The position numbers and the translations under genes were made by a program. The notes under the pieces are model-generated. The model searched no databases. It worked only from the letters and a program-made list of their open reading frames with translations, and had not been told where the DNA came from. A stretch of 64,000 bases of DNA from Antedon mediterranea. Its lineage: Eukaryota; Animalia; Echinodermata. The DNA is taken from NCBI RefSeq assembly GCF_964355755.1, contig NC_092680.1:3720001-3784000 (forward strand). The letters run 5' to 3'. This document shows positions 1-29,400 of this stretch, piece by piece (within the stretch, counting starts at the first letter, position 1; each line of letters opens with the position of its first letter).

Positions 1-545
1 AGATATAAACCCATTTTCCCCTCAAGATATAAACCCATTTTCCCCTCAAGATATAAACCCATTTTCCCCTCAAGATATAAACTCATTTTCCCCTCAAGAT
101 ATAAACCCATTTTCCCCTCAAGATATAAACTCATTTTCCCCTCAAGATATAAACTCATTTTCCCCTCAAGATATAAACCCATTTCCCCCTCAAGATATAA
201 ACTCATTTTCCCCTCAAGATATAAACCCATTTCCCCCTCAAGATATAAACTCATTTTCCCCTCAAGATATAAACCCATTTTCCCCTCAAGATATAAACTC
301 ATTTTCCCCTCAAGATATAAACCCATTTTCCCCTCAAGATATAAACTCATTTTCCCCTCAAGATATAAACTCATTTTCCCCTCAAGATATAAACCCATTT
401 CCCCCTCAAGATATAAACTCATTTTCCCCTCAAGATATAAACTCATTTTCCCCTCAAGATATAACCCCATTTCCCCCCAAGATATAAACCCATTTCCCCA
501 CAAGATATAACCCCATTTCCCCCCAAGATATAACCCCATTTTTCT
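1..545. repeat. 24-bp minisatellite (AGATATAAACCCATTTTCCCCTCA), about 22 copies, truncated by the window edge, in a ZFR intron
   Basis: Direct tandem periodicity of 24 nt; the last units are degenerate. Confidence 0.95.
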
Positions 546-997
546 CAAGATCAAGATATACACACATCCAACAAAGATATAAACAAAAATGCTAAAGAGG
601 CACGGAAAAAACTAAGTTAAAATGAATGTTGGTAGCTGGATTGCAGACTTCAACAGTAAATAAATGTTCTATTAAATGCTGAACTCTTTACTAACTGTAC
701 ATAATCTAATTTGCATCACACCCACTTCTTACACTACAGTAAGTCTTCAACCTCTGTATAGCAGGTGGTTTTCAGTGGTGTCATATTTAAGACTTACTAA
801 CATAAATGGCTTAAGGCAAAGAACTTATAACACAAGAATCTCCTGTTCGTCCAAAGCGTGTAACAATTTCGAAAGGCATTGTAGGATAGAATAGAGCTAA
901 TGGGTGGCGCCATTGTGAGCCATACAGTAGCGTGCCCTCATCAAATTAGAAAGTAAAAATCATAGAGGGATAGAGTAATTGAAAAGAAGCCCATCAA

Positions 998-1164
998 AGC
1001 CTTGTCTACACTATCAAACTTTATTTGTCAAAAAAGTTTGATGTGCACATAAATGGTACAGTAGTGCTATGCTTAAATATGGTAGTGATATAACATCATC
1101 ATGTCCATATATGGACACATCACTTTTTTTTTGACACATAAAGTTTGATAGTGTAGACAAGGTT
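998..1164. mobile_element. Harbinger/Tourist-like MITE family A copy
   Basis: TIR AGC(T/C)(C/T)TGTCTACACTATCAAAC, about 140-180 bp. Other copies near 8078-8215, 8284-8395, 9000-9172, 10842-10981, 21637-21871, 25517-25672, 26357-26508, 30457-30628, 30866-30991, 33750-38267 (split by an insertion), 46119-46244, 51178-51316, 56318-56445, 57233-57370, 61201-61285 (half), 63000-63158. Flanks are usually TAA/TTA. Confidence 0.88.
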
Positions 1165-1250
1165 TTAGAGTCCTAAAAAAGCTTGTCATGGGCTCCTTTT
1201 CGAGGTTATACGTTACTGTATGCCACTAGACCCAGCCTAGCCTAGATTCA

Positions 1251-19887
<18,637 letters not shown>

Positions 19888-20146
19888 TGCTTTTTTTTCA
19901 GAATCGTAAAAACCGACGAGCCCCACGCGCACGACACACTTTCTCAACAAAAATATTAGCATACGGAATAGTACGATCTATTCCGACAAAAGCCGAGTTC
20001 AAGTAATATGACATGTGGTAAAAATAAAAATTTGCGGTTCGCATTCGATATAAAAAGTAGAGGGCGACATAACAGGACTGACTCTTCGAAAAAAATTGTT
20101 AGGCTTAATTTTAGGTTTAAATGATTTAAAGTAATAAGTACATCCG
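19888..20146. promoter_or_regulatory. Probable bidirectional promoter for ZFR and AGGF1, with a likely non-coding AGGF1 exon 1 ending at 20146
   Basis: Divergent genes; locally CpG-richer; donor CCG|GTAAAT at 20147 and acceptor TTACAG| at 20528, upstream of the AGGF1 ATG at 20600. Confidence 0.6.
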
Positions 20147-20599
20147 GTAAATTATATTATAAGATTGCTAATTATTGCCTATTATTACTGCTTTAATCTA
20201 CGGCTAGCCTAGGCCTAGCTAGTAGGCAGTAGAAGTAGCCTAATAAAGTAATACTAATTAATAGGCTAGGCCTAGCCTAGCTACTAGGCTAGGCCTATAG
20301 TTTAGGCCTAGCCTAGTAGGCTAGATAGCCTAGCTTGGCCTAGCTGGGCTCCCAACAGTGCAGATCCTACATACAGTAGATAAAGTAAGCCTTATTTAGA
20401 CCTTGGCTGAGGCCTACTGGGCCCCAGCCAGGTAGCATAGCCCTACCTAGAAAAGTTATATTAATTATTATGAAAAAATAGTATTAGTAGGCCTAATACA
20501 ATTGATTTTTTTTAATTTAATATTACAGACTGAAGATTATAGAGAGTACAAGAAATCAAATCACACTTTATATTAAAATTGTGTTATCATGAACTGAAG

Positions 20600-23500
20600 A
20601 TGGAGAAAAATGTAGAGGAAATTGAAGTGGAAAGTGCAATATTACTAAAGAAGAAAGAAGCTGACGGTCACTTGCAAAAAATAAAAGATCTTGAAGATGA
20701 ACTGCTAAAAGAAAGAGAACTTCGAAACGAGTCGGAAACATGTAACAGCGAACTTAAATCCAAGGTACTAAAAGTTTACAGTATGGATATATATTTCCAT
20801 CATAATTTCACAACATTTGTATTCTTTTTTATGTATAAAGCGAATTATCAAATTCATTGTGAAGCACTTTGATAAAAAGCGCTATAATTAATAAGCAATT
20901 ATTGAATTTTATACTCCCTTGCATTCTCAATATAAACTGTTTATCATAATGAGAATAGAGTAAGTTATAATAGCAATGAATTTGTTTAGATTTTAGAGCT
21001 GCAAAACGAGATTTCAATTTGGAAGAAGGATGAAAGGAACAATGTAGATGTGGCAACACAAACAGTGGAGGATGAGGGAACAATATCAGAGCAGCAGGTA
21101 CTTTATCATCATACAATAGATAATAAAATAAAATATTATCAATTCTCTTCTTCTTTCTGTCTACTTAGGGGATCATGCCAACATTATTAAGTTTAGTAAA
21201 TATAATGTTTACAGTACCGAAATATTGATTTTGTGTAGAAGTTTATGAGGCAGTCATTCCAATGAACAGTGTGTGTGATTATTTGAATGAATGAATTATT
21301 TCTAAAAAACAGTACTAAATAATACCATAAAACAGGTTAAAGAATAATGCAGTACAATCATTTTGACAGGAACTCAATTCATCAATAATAATTAAAATAC
21401 ATTGCTACAGTACTAATTGATTAATACACTGTAAAATCATTTAATACATCTATTTTAGGTAGAGCCTACATCAATAGCAGATAGTATTCGTGATGCGGCT
21501 GAATCAGCTATGACAAACTCTGGCTTTGTCTATGATGAAACTTCAGGACTGTACTATGACTATACATCTGGATATTACTATAACCCTGTAAGCATCAGCA
21601 ACATTTGTCAACAATCAATATTTGATTATATGATAAAGCCTTGTCTACACTATCAAACTTTATGTAACAACAAAATGTGATGTGCCCATATATGGACATG
21701 GTGATGTCATATCACTACTATATTTAAGCATATCACTACCATATTTGGGCACATCACACTGGACAGAGGTATGTTGCATCATCAAAATATCAAATCAAAA
21801 TATGGTAGTGATATGACATCATCATGTCCATATATGGGTACATCATAAAGTTTGATAGTGTAGACAGAGCTTAACATGCACTTGTATTTCCACTGAGGTG
21901 TGCCATTATTATAGCCCACTTAAATTTGGAATGTCATCAAGATACAAACAGTACACCTACAGCACATGTGTAGTTTTCAAAAGGTTTTTTTTTAGTATTG
22001 TATATTCAGGAATAGCCGCTCCATAGTCTCTTTGCTTTTCTTCCTTATATCTTATTCTTATTAACTCAAAATTATTTTTACTAACAAACATTACTATTTG
22101 TATGCCTAGTGTGTAAACATTATTGACATAATTTCATAAACATCTTCATGTCGTACAACTACTCGTAACATTTTTCTCAACTTTCTATCATCTAAAAGTC
22201 GTAGTTAGTCATGCCTCGGGTCACATTCTATGGTCACCGTACAGGTAGGCTACTACATTAGTACTTCTATGAATGGATGACTAGCCGGTGACAATAACGC
22301 TAGTTGGTCATACCCAGTACCGTTTTGATTTTACGATCATTCGGGAAACCACCTCACGACGTTTATAAGAAATTTTAATTATTTTTGTATTCTTGTTTTG
22401 TTAACAGGAAAATCATCTATACTATGATACTAATACCGGGACTTATTATTACTTCAATGAAAGTACCAGTTCATATGAGTTCCACTCACAAGTTGAGATT
22501 CCTGAAGAAAGTCAACGGAACACAGTTGAGTATAATATGCATTACGACAGAAAACAAGATAACAGAAGTAGAGAAAAACGTGTGAAGGAAAAGTACCGCC
22601 ATACTCCTGAGGTTTGTGAATATAAGAAACCATAGTATCACTCTATTTAGTGGTCATTATGTCTGTAATTACAATCATTCTAATTAAAGTTAACGAGGCA
22701 TTTGTATCTGTTTATCCATTTAATTAGGTTACCTTTCTTCTTCATGAATACAGAATCTATCTTTGTGATTTCATAGTAATTTTATAATGCATTATTGTAT
22801 GGTTATGAAATAAACTTTATAAGTGTGCAATTGTTATGCATACGCAATGAAAATACACGTCATTGCTTTGTATGATTACCCCTTTGTATATATGATACTT
22901 ATTGTATTTCAATGTGTACCTGATACCTGAGTATATTGGCCTACATTGTTTAAAAAAAAGGTTACATTACAGGATGGGGTTACAGTCAAATCTGCCAATA
23001 CTGGAAACCCTCCAAAATAAGACATTTTTAGGTTACAAATAGTAAAAAAATATGTTTAACATTAAAATTACACTTAGAAAACCATAATTTCTTACAAACG
23101 ATACATACTGTATTAGGCCAGTCCAAATGTGTCCACTAAAAAAAATAACGCATAAGTAGCAATTGGAATTCTCAACAAATATCTATATTTTTATTTATAT
23201 AAAGGGCATAAAATGAAAAATACATTTTCACTTGTATATTTTTTTCTTACAGATGGACAGTTTAACATCCAGGGTGTCAAACATGCACCTTGGGCCCAGA
23301 TACAGTTCAGACGTCTCAACGAAAAAAAGATTTATAGGTGAGCACGAAGATCTTTCATTCACACGCACCTTATTCTATTTTTCAGAGAGAAAATCTAAAA
23401 ACTGAAAATCGAAAAAGAAAAGATCGTCAATTGAGAAGTGAAACACCTGATCGTAGTAAAAATAAAAGAGAAGATAAACGTGAAAAACGTTATAAGGAAG

Positions 23501-26500
23501 AAAAGAAGTGTGATAGAAGTATAAGCAATAGAAGAAAAGAGAAAAGACACAAAAGGGACAGATATGATGAATCTTATTCAAGGTCAGATAAAGATCGAAG
23601 ATGTAAACATAAAAAACATCACAAAAAGAAGAAGAGAAAAGATAAAAATGATAGTAGACGTTTAGAGGGAAAAAATCCTGAACAAGATGAAGTAGAAGAA
23701 ACTAAAGTGAAAAAGCGAACGGAAAATGAAAAATATGAAATGAGTGAAAAGGAAAAGATTGAAAAAGGTGACAAGATTGAAAAAGATGACAAGAATAAAA
23801 AAGGAGAGAAAAAAGAAGCGAATATTGCTGTTATAAGTCCGGATGAGTCTGACGTTGAGGAAGGGGAGATAGAAGAAGTTGAGGAGAACATGGACGATGT
23901 GGAAGAAGGAGAAGTAGAAGAAGGAGAAATTGCATCTAGTTCTTCTAGTAAGAGCGTGTCTGAAATCAGTTCCCTGTCGGATATCTCAAGTGATTCAATG
24001 TCTGATGTATCGGATGAAGAAATGGATGAAGAAATGGAAGAAAGAGAAGAAGTGATGGAAAAAGAAGTGGAGCAAGGTTTGTGATATTCATTGTATGAAT
24101 GTTGTTTATTATTATTAATTTTTATTTTGTCATAATAATATCAACAATAATCACAAAAGGATGCATTTCTATATTGTACTATGACTCTCCCCAATCAAAA
24201 AAAAGTGTCTGTGTGCACATATAAATGTGAATAGAGTACAGAAATTGATTTAAATCTGATTTTTATAATGCAGATTTTAAAAAGTATCAGAACTTTTTAA
24301 TCTTGTGAAGGATTGTTGTTGCATCTTCAATTATTAACAAAATATCATGTTATTTTTTGTAGTAAATCGGCGTGAATACCCACCATGTATACGAATGATT
24401 GTGACCAAGTCTGAGAGCTTACAACCTGGTAGCTTGTTTATAATAACATGCATGGGAGGCAGTATTGGAAGGTATGTATAATATCACATTAATTATTTTT
24501 TAATTTATGATTGCAATTTATGACTACAAACAGTGGCATAACAGCTACAAGTGCTCACTGGCTAAATCCAGGGACCCCTGGAGCTTATGGAGGCCCATGA
24601 GCAGTGCGCAGAGGAGAAAACAGGTATTAAAATATGCCGAAAAGGCTAAAAACACCCGAGGCCTCAAGCATTGAAACTTGGAGGGTCACTTAGGTTTCCA
24701 AAACCAGGAGCCTCAGGCCTCTACGTTACGCGACTGACAAAATGTACCAAGAAACATCACACACATATATGTTACTATATTAATTTCCCCCCCCCCCTCC
24801 CCCTAAAAAAAAAAACAATACTTAAAAATAAAAATTGAAGAAACAAATAATAATTCATACTGAAATTTATTCAAAAAGCATCGTTGTTATTATATTTTAT
24901 CAAAACGTAAGATTTGATTATTTCAGAGAAGGTGAACATACAGTGCTTATACCTGAAATAGGAATTAGCAAAAATCATGCAGAGATCTTCTACTGTCAAA
25001 ACTCATGGCAGTATTATATCAGAGACTTAGGGAGTCAAAATGGCACACTTATCAATGCAAAACCTATAGGCGAGGTAAGAATTTCTATTTGAATAATTAC
25101 ATTTTTTTGCAATGCATGTTTTCTGTCTGTAGCTGACTAGAAGGGATGACCTTTTCTTAAAGTGCCCTTTTCAAATGCAAGACCAGCTGCAAAAATAATT
25201 ATAAATGTTCTTAACTAGCCTAACTTATGACGATTTTTACCTCTTTTTGTGGAAAAATAGTGCCCTTTTTTGAAAAAAAAACATATCTGTCAAAATTCTG
25301 GCTACATGCTTAGTTTTTAAAAGGTATTTTATTTAGTGAGAACTTTTATTTATAGTCAAGGAGTGAGAGTGAAGCACAAATTCTGTCACATAAGGATTAC
25401 CTGACCATTGGTGGTACGATGCTTCGACTACACATACACCCTGGAGCAGAAACTTGTGATGATTGTGAGCCAGGGCAAGTGCAGGCACTGCTGGCCCAAA
25501 CACAACCAAAAGGTAAAGCTCTGTCTAACCCTATCAAACTTTATGTGACAAACTAATGTGATGTGCCCATATATGGACATGATGATGTCATACCACTACC
25601 ATATTTGGCCATATCACTACCATATTTAGGAACACTTTTTTGTCAAACTAGTTTGATAGTGCAGACAGAGCTTATGATGTAACTTACAACTGCAAATAAT
25701 TATTTAATTGGCTGGGTTCACAAAGGGCAAACTAGTTTATCAAGGTGTATGGCCTAACATCTGCAAAGTATTTTTTTGCAGTTTGCAAAAGTGTGTCAAC
25801 TTGCCAAAAACTGTTATATTATTTTTTCCCTTTGTGTGTTTTTTTTTGTGAAACTTTTTTCATTAAATTCTACAGGTCCCCTAATACTATCGAATGACAA
25901 AGAGCAGCAAAGGCGGAAAGGTCTTAAGCAGATGAAGAAGAAATATGGTCTTACTAGAGAAACCTACGTTGAAACCAACTCATCGACTGCTAATCCAGCA
26001 TACACTGATAGATCAGACATCCGCCGCAAGACGGTTGGCAGTGACAACCCACACCAGAAAGACGACCTACCTGCATCTGTTGACAGGTAAGTGTGTTGTC
26101 GATCATTCCATATATGGTAGTCAATCATTCCATATATGGTAGTCAATCATTCCCTATATGGTAGTCAACACTCACGACACTTTCTGCAAATAGAAATGGT
26201 ATTATTAACATTGTTTTTAGTATTTGCATACAACTTCTCTTTTTTGTACATGATTGTGGATATTGAGATTAAATACTGTAAACCTTTTACAAGTCTGGAC
26301 TATACGTGTTGCTCAATCCATATTTTATGACCAAGATAGAAATAGAACCATATTAAAGCTCTGTCTACACTATCAAACTATATGTGACAAAAAAAAATGT
26401 GATATGGACATGATGTTGTCATATCACTACCATATTTAAGCATATCACTACCATATTTGGGCACATCACACTTTTTTTGTCAAATTAGTTCGATAGTGTA

Positions 26501-27587
26501 GACAGAGCTTTGGTGGCATATGTAACTAATGTTCATGTGGTGCAGTTATTTGATTTTAAATTCACACATTGCAGGGAAATTGCATCAGATAACGTTGGAA
26601 GGAAAATGATGGAGAAGATGGGATGGAAATCTGGAGAAACCCTGGGCAAGGATAACACCGGTATTAAAGAACCTGTAAGTTTGTCTGTTAAGCGATTCCT
26701 CATTATATTCAAATCTGATTATGATTTAATGACCCTATTGGTTCATCCATATCATTTAGATGCATGGCCATGTTTGATAGTGTATGGGTATGTTACGTAG
26801 AGGGTTTTTTAAGCATCTAGTCATTGGAGCTTGTTTCCCACTAGAGATGCAATGCAAGGACATATTATTTAATGTCAAGCGACAGTTTGAATTATCCATC
26901 GCTTGTGATTGGTTAAATGTTGCGTTCTTATGTATATGTATGGGAACCAAGCATTATACTACTAGATACTGGTCATAATGTCCGACGACTATACCTATTA
27001 TTTAACATGCTCTGACTTTTATATTATTACAGATTAATGTACTGTCTAATAACAAACGTGCTGGGTTAGGTGGCCAGGCGCGAAGAACGATAAGTGATCT
27101 CGCACTAGGAAACTTGCAGTCAGAGAAATGGGAAAGAGCAAGAGCCAGATATAATGCATTAGAGGAACCTGCACCAAAACCAATATCAATGAAAATAACA
27201 CAACCAAAAAAGATGGGGATGATGTGGACTAGTGGGGGCATCATTAAATCAGAGCCTAAAATAAAAATAGAAAATATATTTGGCAGTGATGATGATGATG
27301 AAAAAGAGGAAGAAGACAAATCAATGAAAATAACTCAACCAAAAAAGATGGGGATGATGTGGACTAGTGGGGGCGTCATTAAATCAGAGCCTAAAATAAA
27401 AAAAGAAAATATATTTGGCAGTGATGATGAGGAAGAGGAAGAAGACAAATCAATGAAAATAACACAACCAAAAAAGATGGGGATGATGTGGACTAGTGGG
27501 GGTGTCATTAAATCAGAGCCTAAAATAAAAATAGAAAATATATCTGACAGTGATGATGATGAGGAAGACAAATCTACTGTTAAATAA
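20600..27587 (+). CDS. AGGF1: Angiogenic factor with G-patch and FHA domains 1 (coiled coil, OCRE, FHA, G-patch)
   Basis: Phase-consistent exons: 20600-20764, 20990-21097, 21459-21587, 22408-22611, 23386-24076, 24363-24471, 24927-25074, 25356-25512, 25876-26086, 26575-26674, 27033-27587 (23253-23337 optional). OCRE GFVYDETSGLYYDYTSGYYY; FHA PPCIRMIV...IGR...ISKNHAEI...DLGSQNGT; HIHPGAETCDDCEPGQV; G-patch NVGRKMMEKMGWKSGETLGKDNTGIKEP. Confidence 0.95.
24531..24736. mobile_element. hAT-like MITE with 5-bp TSD
   Basis: CAGTGGCATAAC ... GTTACGCGACTG ends; ACAAA on both flanks. Confidence 0.65.
26102..26168. repeat. 22-bp tandem repeat, 3 copies
   Basis: ATCATTCCATATATGGTAGTCA x3. Confidence 0.8.
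27186..27572 (+). repeat. Coding tandem repeat, three units of about 41-45 aa at the AGGF1 C-terminus
   Basis: Units start at 27186, 27321 and 27450: SMKITQPKKMGMMWTSGG(I/V)IKSEPKIK(I/K)ENI..SDDD/E-rich..DK. Confidence 0.95.
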
Positions 27588-27760
27588 AAAAGTTATTCGT
27601 TTTTATTGATATGTTGGAGAACAGATGTTTTAATTTGTTATTTAATATCATAATATAAAATTTTAGTATTATTTCATTCAAATTTATTTGAAACAGTCCA
27701 AGAGAAAAAATACCAAGCATACATTTACAAATTGGCAAAACATAAGGAAATCGCTTCTTC

Positions 27761-27884
27761 ATGGGTGAAGTACTTAATGGGTGGAGTACTTAATGGGTGG
27801 AGTACTTAATGGGTGGGGTACTTAATGGGTGGAGTACTTCATGGGTGGAGTACTTCATGGGTGGAGTACTTCATGGATGGAGTA
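27761..27884. repeat. 16-bp minisatellite just downstream of the AGGF1 stop, about 8 copies
   Basis: ATGGGTGGAGTACTT(A/C) tandem. Confidence 0.9.
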
Positions 27885-29333
27885 GGTTTTAACAGAGGAG
27901 AGTGGCTACTAGATTAGAGGAATGTACGATAAATATTGAAATTAGCCATTAATGTATATTTGGAATATTAACTGTAATCTTATAGTATGTTCTCAATATA
28001 AACAGATAAATAATGGAAAAGTCAAGCGCTCAGGAACGAAAGTTAAATACTGTACTGTAATTCAGAGAAGAACACGACATAATAATTTAATATTTCAGCC
28101 CATATTGAAGATACAGATGTAAACAAACTTGTATTTTTTAGGAAACGTTTTTTAAAAACTTCTGCTTAAATATTTTATTTGACAGAACAACTGTTGTAAT
28201 ATATCAACTACATCAACTGTATATTATTCACAAAGTAATAAATAAAAAACAATTACAAAGTGGTTTAATTGCTGTACATATTTTCATTTATTTAACATAT
28301 TGTACAAGTTTATGTGGTGAAATGTCTATTAATGTTTCTATATTCAAACAAATAACTTAAAATTCAAACATGATATTACTGATCACTTAATAAAGATAGT
28401 GCCATATAATAGTTGAAGAACATGAAATAATTTTTATCGTTAAAAAAAAATGTGCTGAATAATCAAAATCAATTCACAACATGCATCCCTGAAATATATT
28501 CCACTCCCATCACTTTTATTTAATAATAATAAACTTAATAATATCATTTTAATAAAACATAGACAAAATTAATTATCTGTACAAGAAAATAAACATATAG
28601 AATATTAGGTATTACATTTATATAGAGTTTAGATGTACTAAAACTATGGATTATCCTCTATATACGAGCTATAGTCAGTTTAAACAAAACATTAAAAAAA
28701 ATGTATCTGGAACATAGAATCAACATTAGACGTTCCGTTAAAGCTCCCTATTGGATGCAACTAAAAGACGTAGGCACAATGCAAATGAGTTGACCAATCA
28801 AATGACAGTTTGTATGATCCATTGCGTAATAATTGGCCAAACTTGCAGCGCGCTTACGTCTTGCATTGCATGGGAAGCTTTTTTAGAGTGAAGATAAAAC
28901 ATGGATTCCTTGTAATTGCGCAATTCTGCCCCCACATATACATTTTATTATTTATTTTTTACAGCATATAAAATCAGCATTTTATTATTTACTGTCATAA
29001 CTTTAGTTCATTATTACCATAAAATATGTAATAAAACTTAGCTTGATACTGTCAACATACTATACTAACAACAATTTAAGGATTAATAAGAGGAAGGGTC
29101 ATGGGTCATATTGGGAGAGATCTCTCGGAGATTGAGAACGTATTCTTCGAAGCATGAGTGTCTACTTTTTCTTTTGTGAAGGAAAATCTGAGAAAGAAAA
29201 TCCAGTAAATGACTGTATGATAGCTTTAGAAATTCCATAAATAATTTGCACTATCTAAGAAACCCCAACAGTATAAGCATTCCTCTAATTTTGTTTGTGG
29301 CTTTTGAAACAACAGTATGAAACAATGAATACT

Positions 29334-29400
29334 GGAGCTGTAGATTAGTGGTTAACATGCTTGCCTTCCAATCCAAAGGTCCAGGGTTCAATCCTGACTT
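29334..29400 (+). mobile_element. tRNA(Gly-TCC-like)-derived SINE head
   Basis: A box TAGATTAGTGG, anticodon-like arm TTGCCTTCCAA, B box GGTTCAATCC, no good acceptor stem. Related copies on the minus strand near 32865-32930 and 62040-62088. Confidence 0.65.

Noticed and set aside
27002-27571. Minus-strand Ser-rich ORFs (also 23375-23891)
   Set aside because: Antisense shadows of AGGF1 exons.
29334-29400. Functional tRNA-Gly gene
   Set aside because: Acceptor stem and arms do not pair, and diverged dispersed copies indicate a SINE head.
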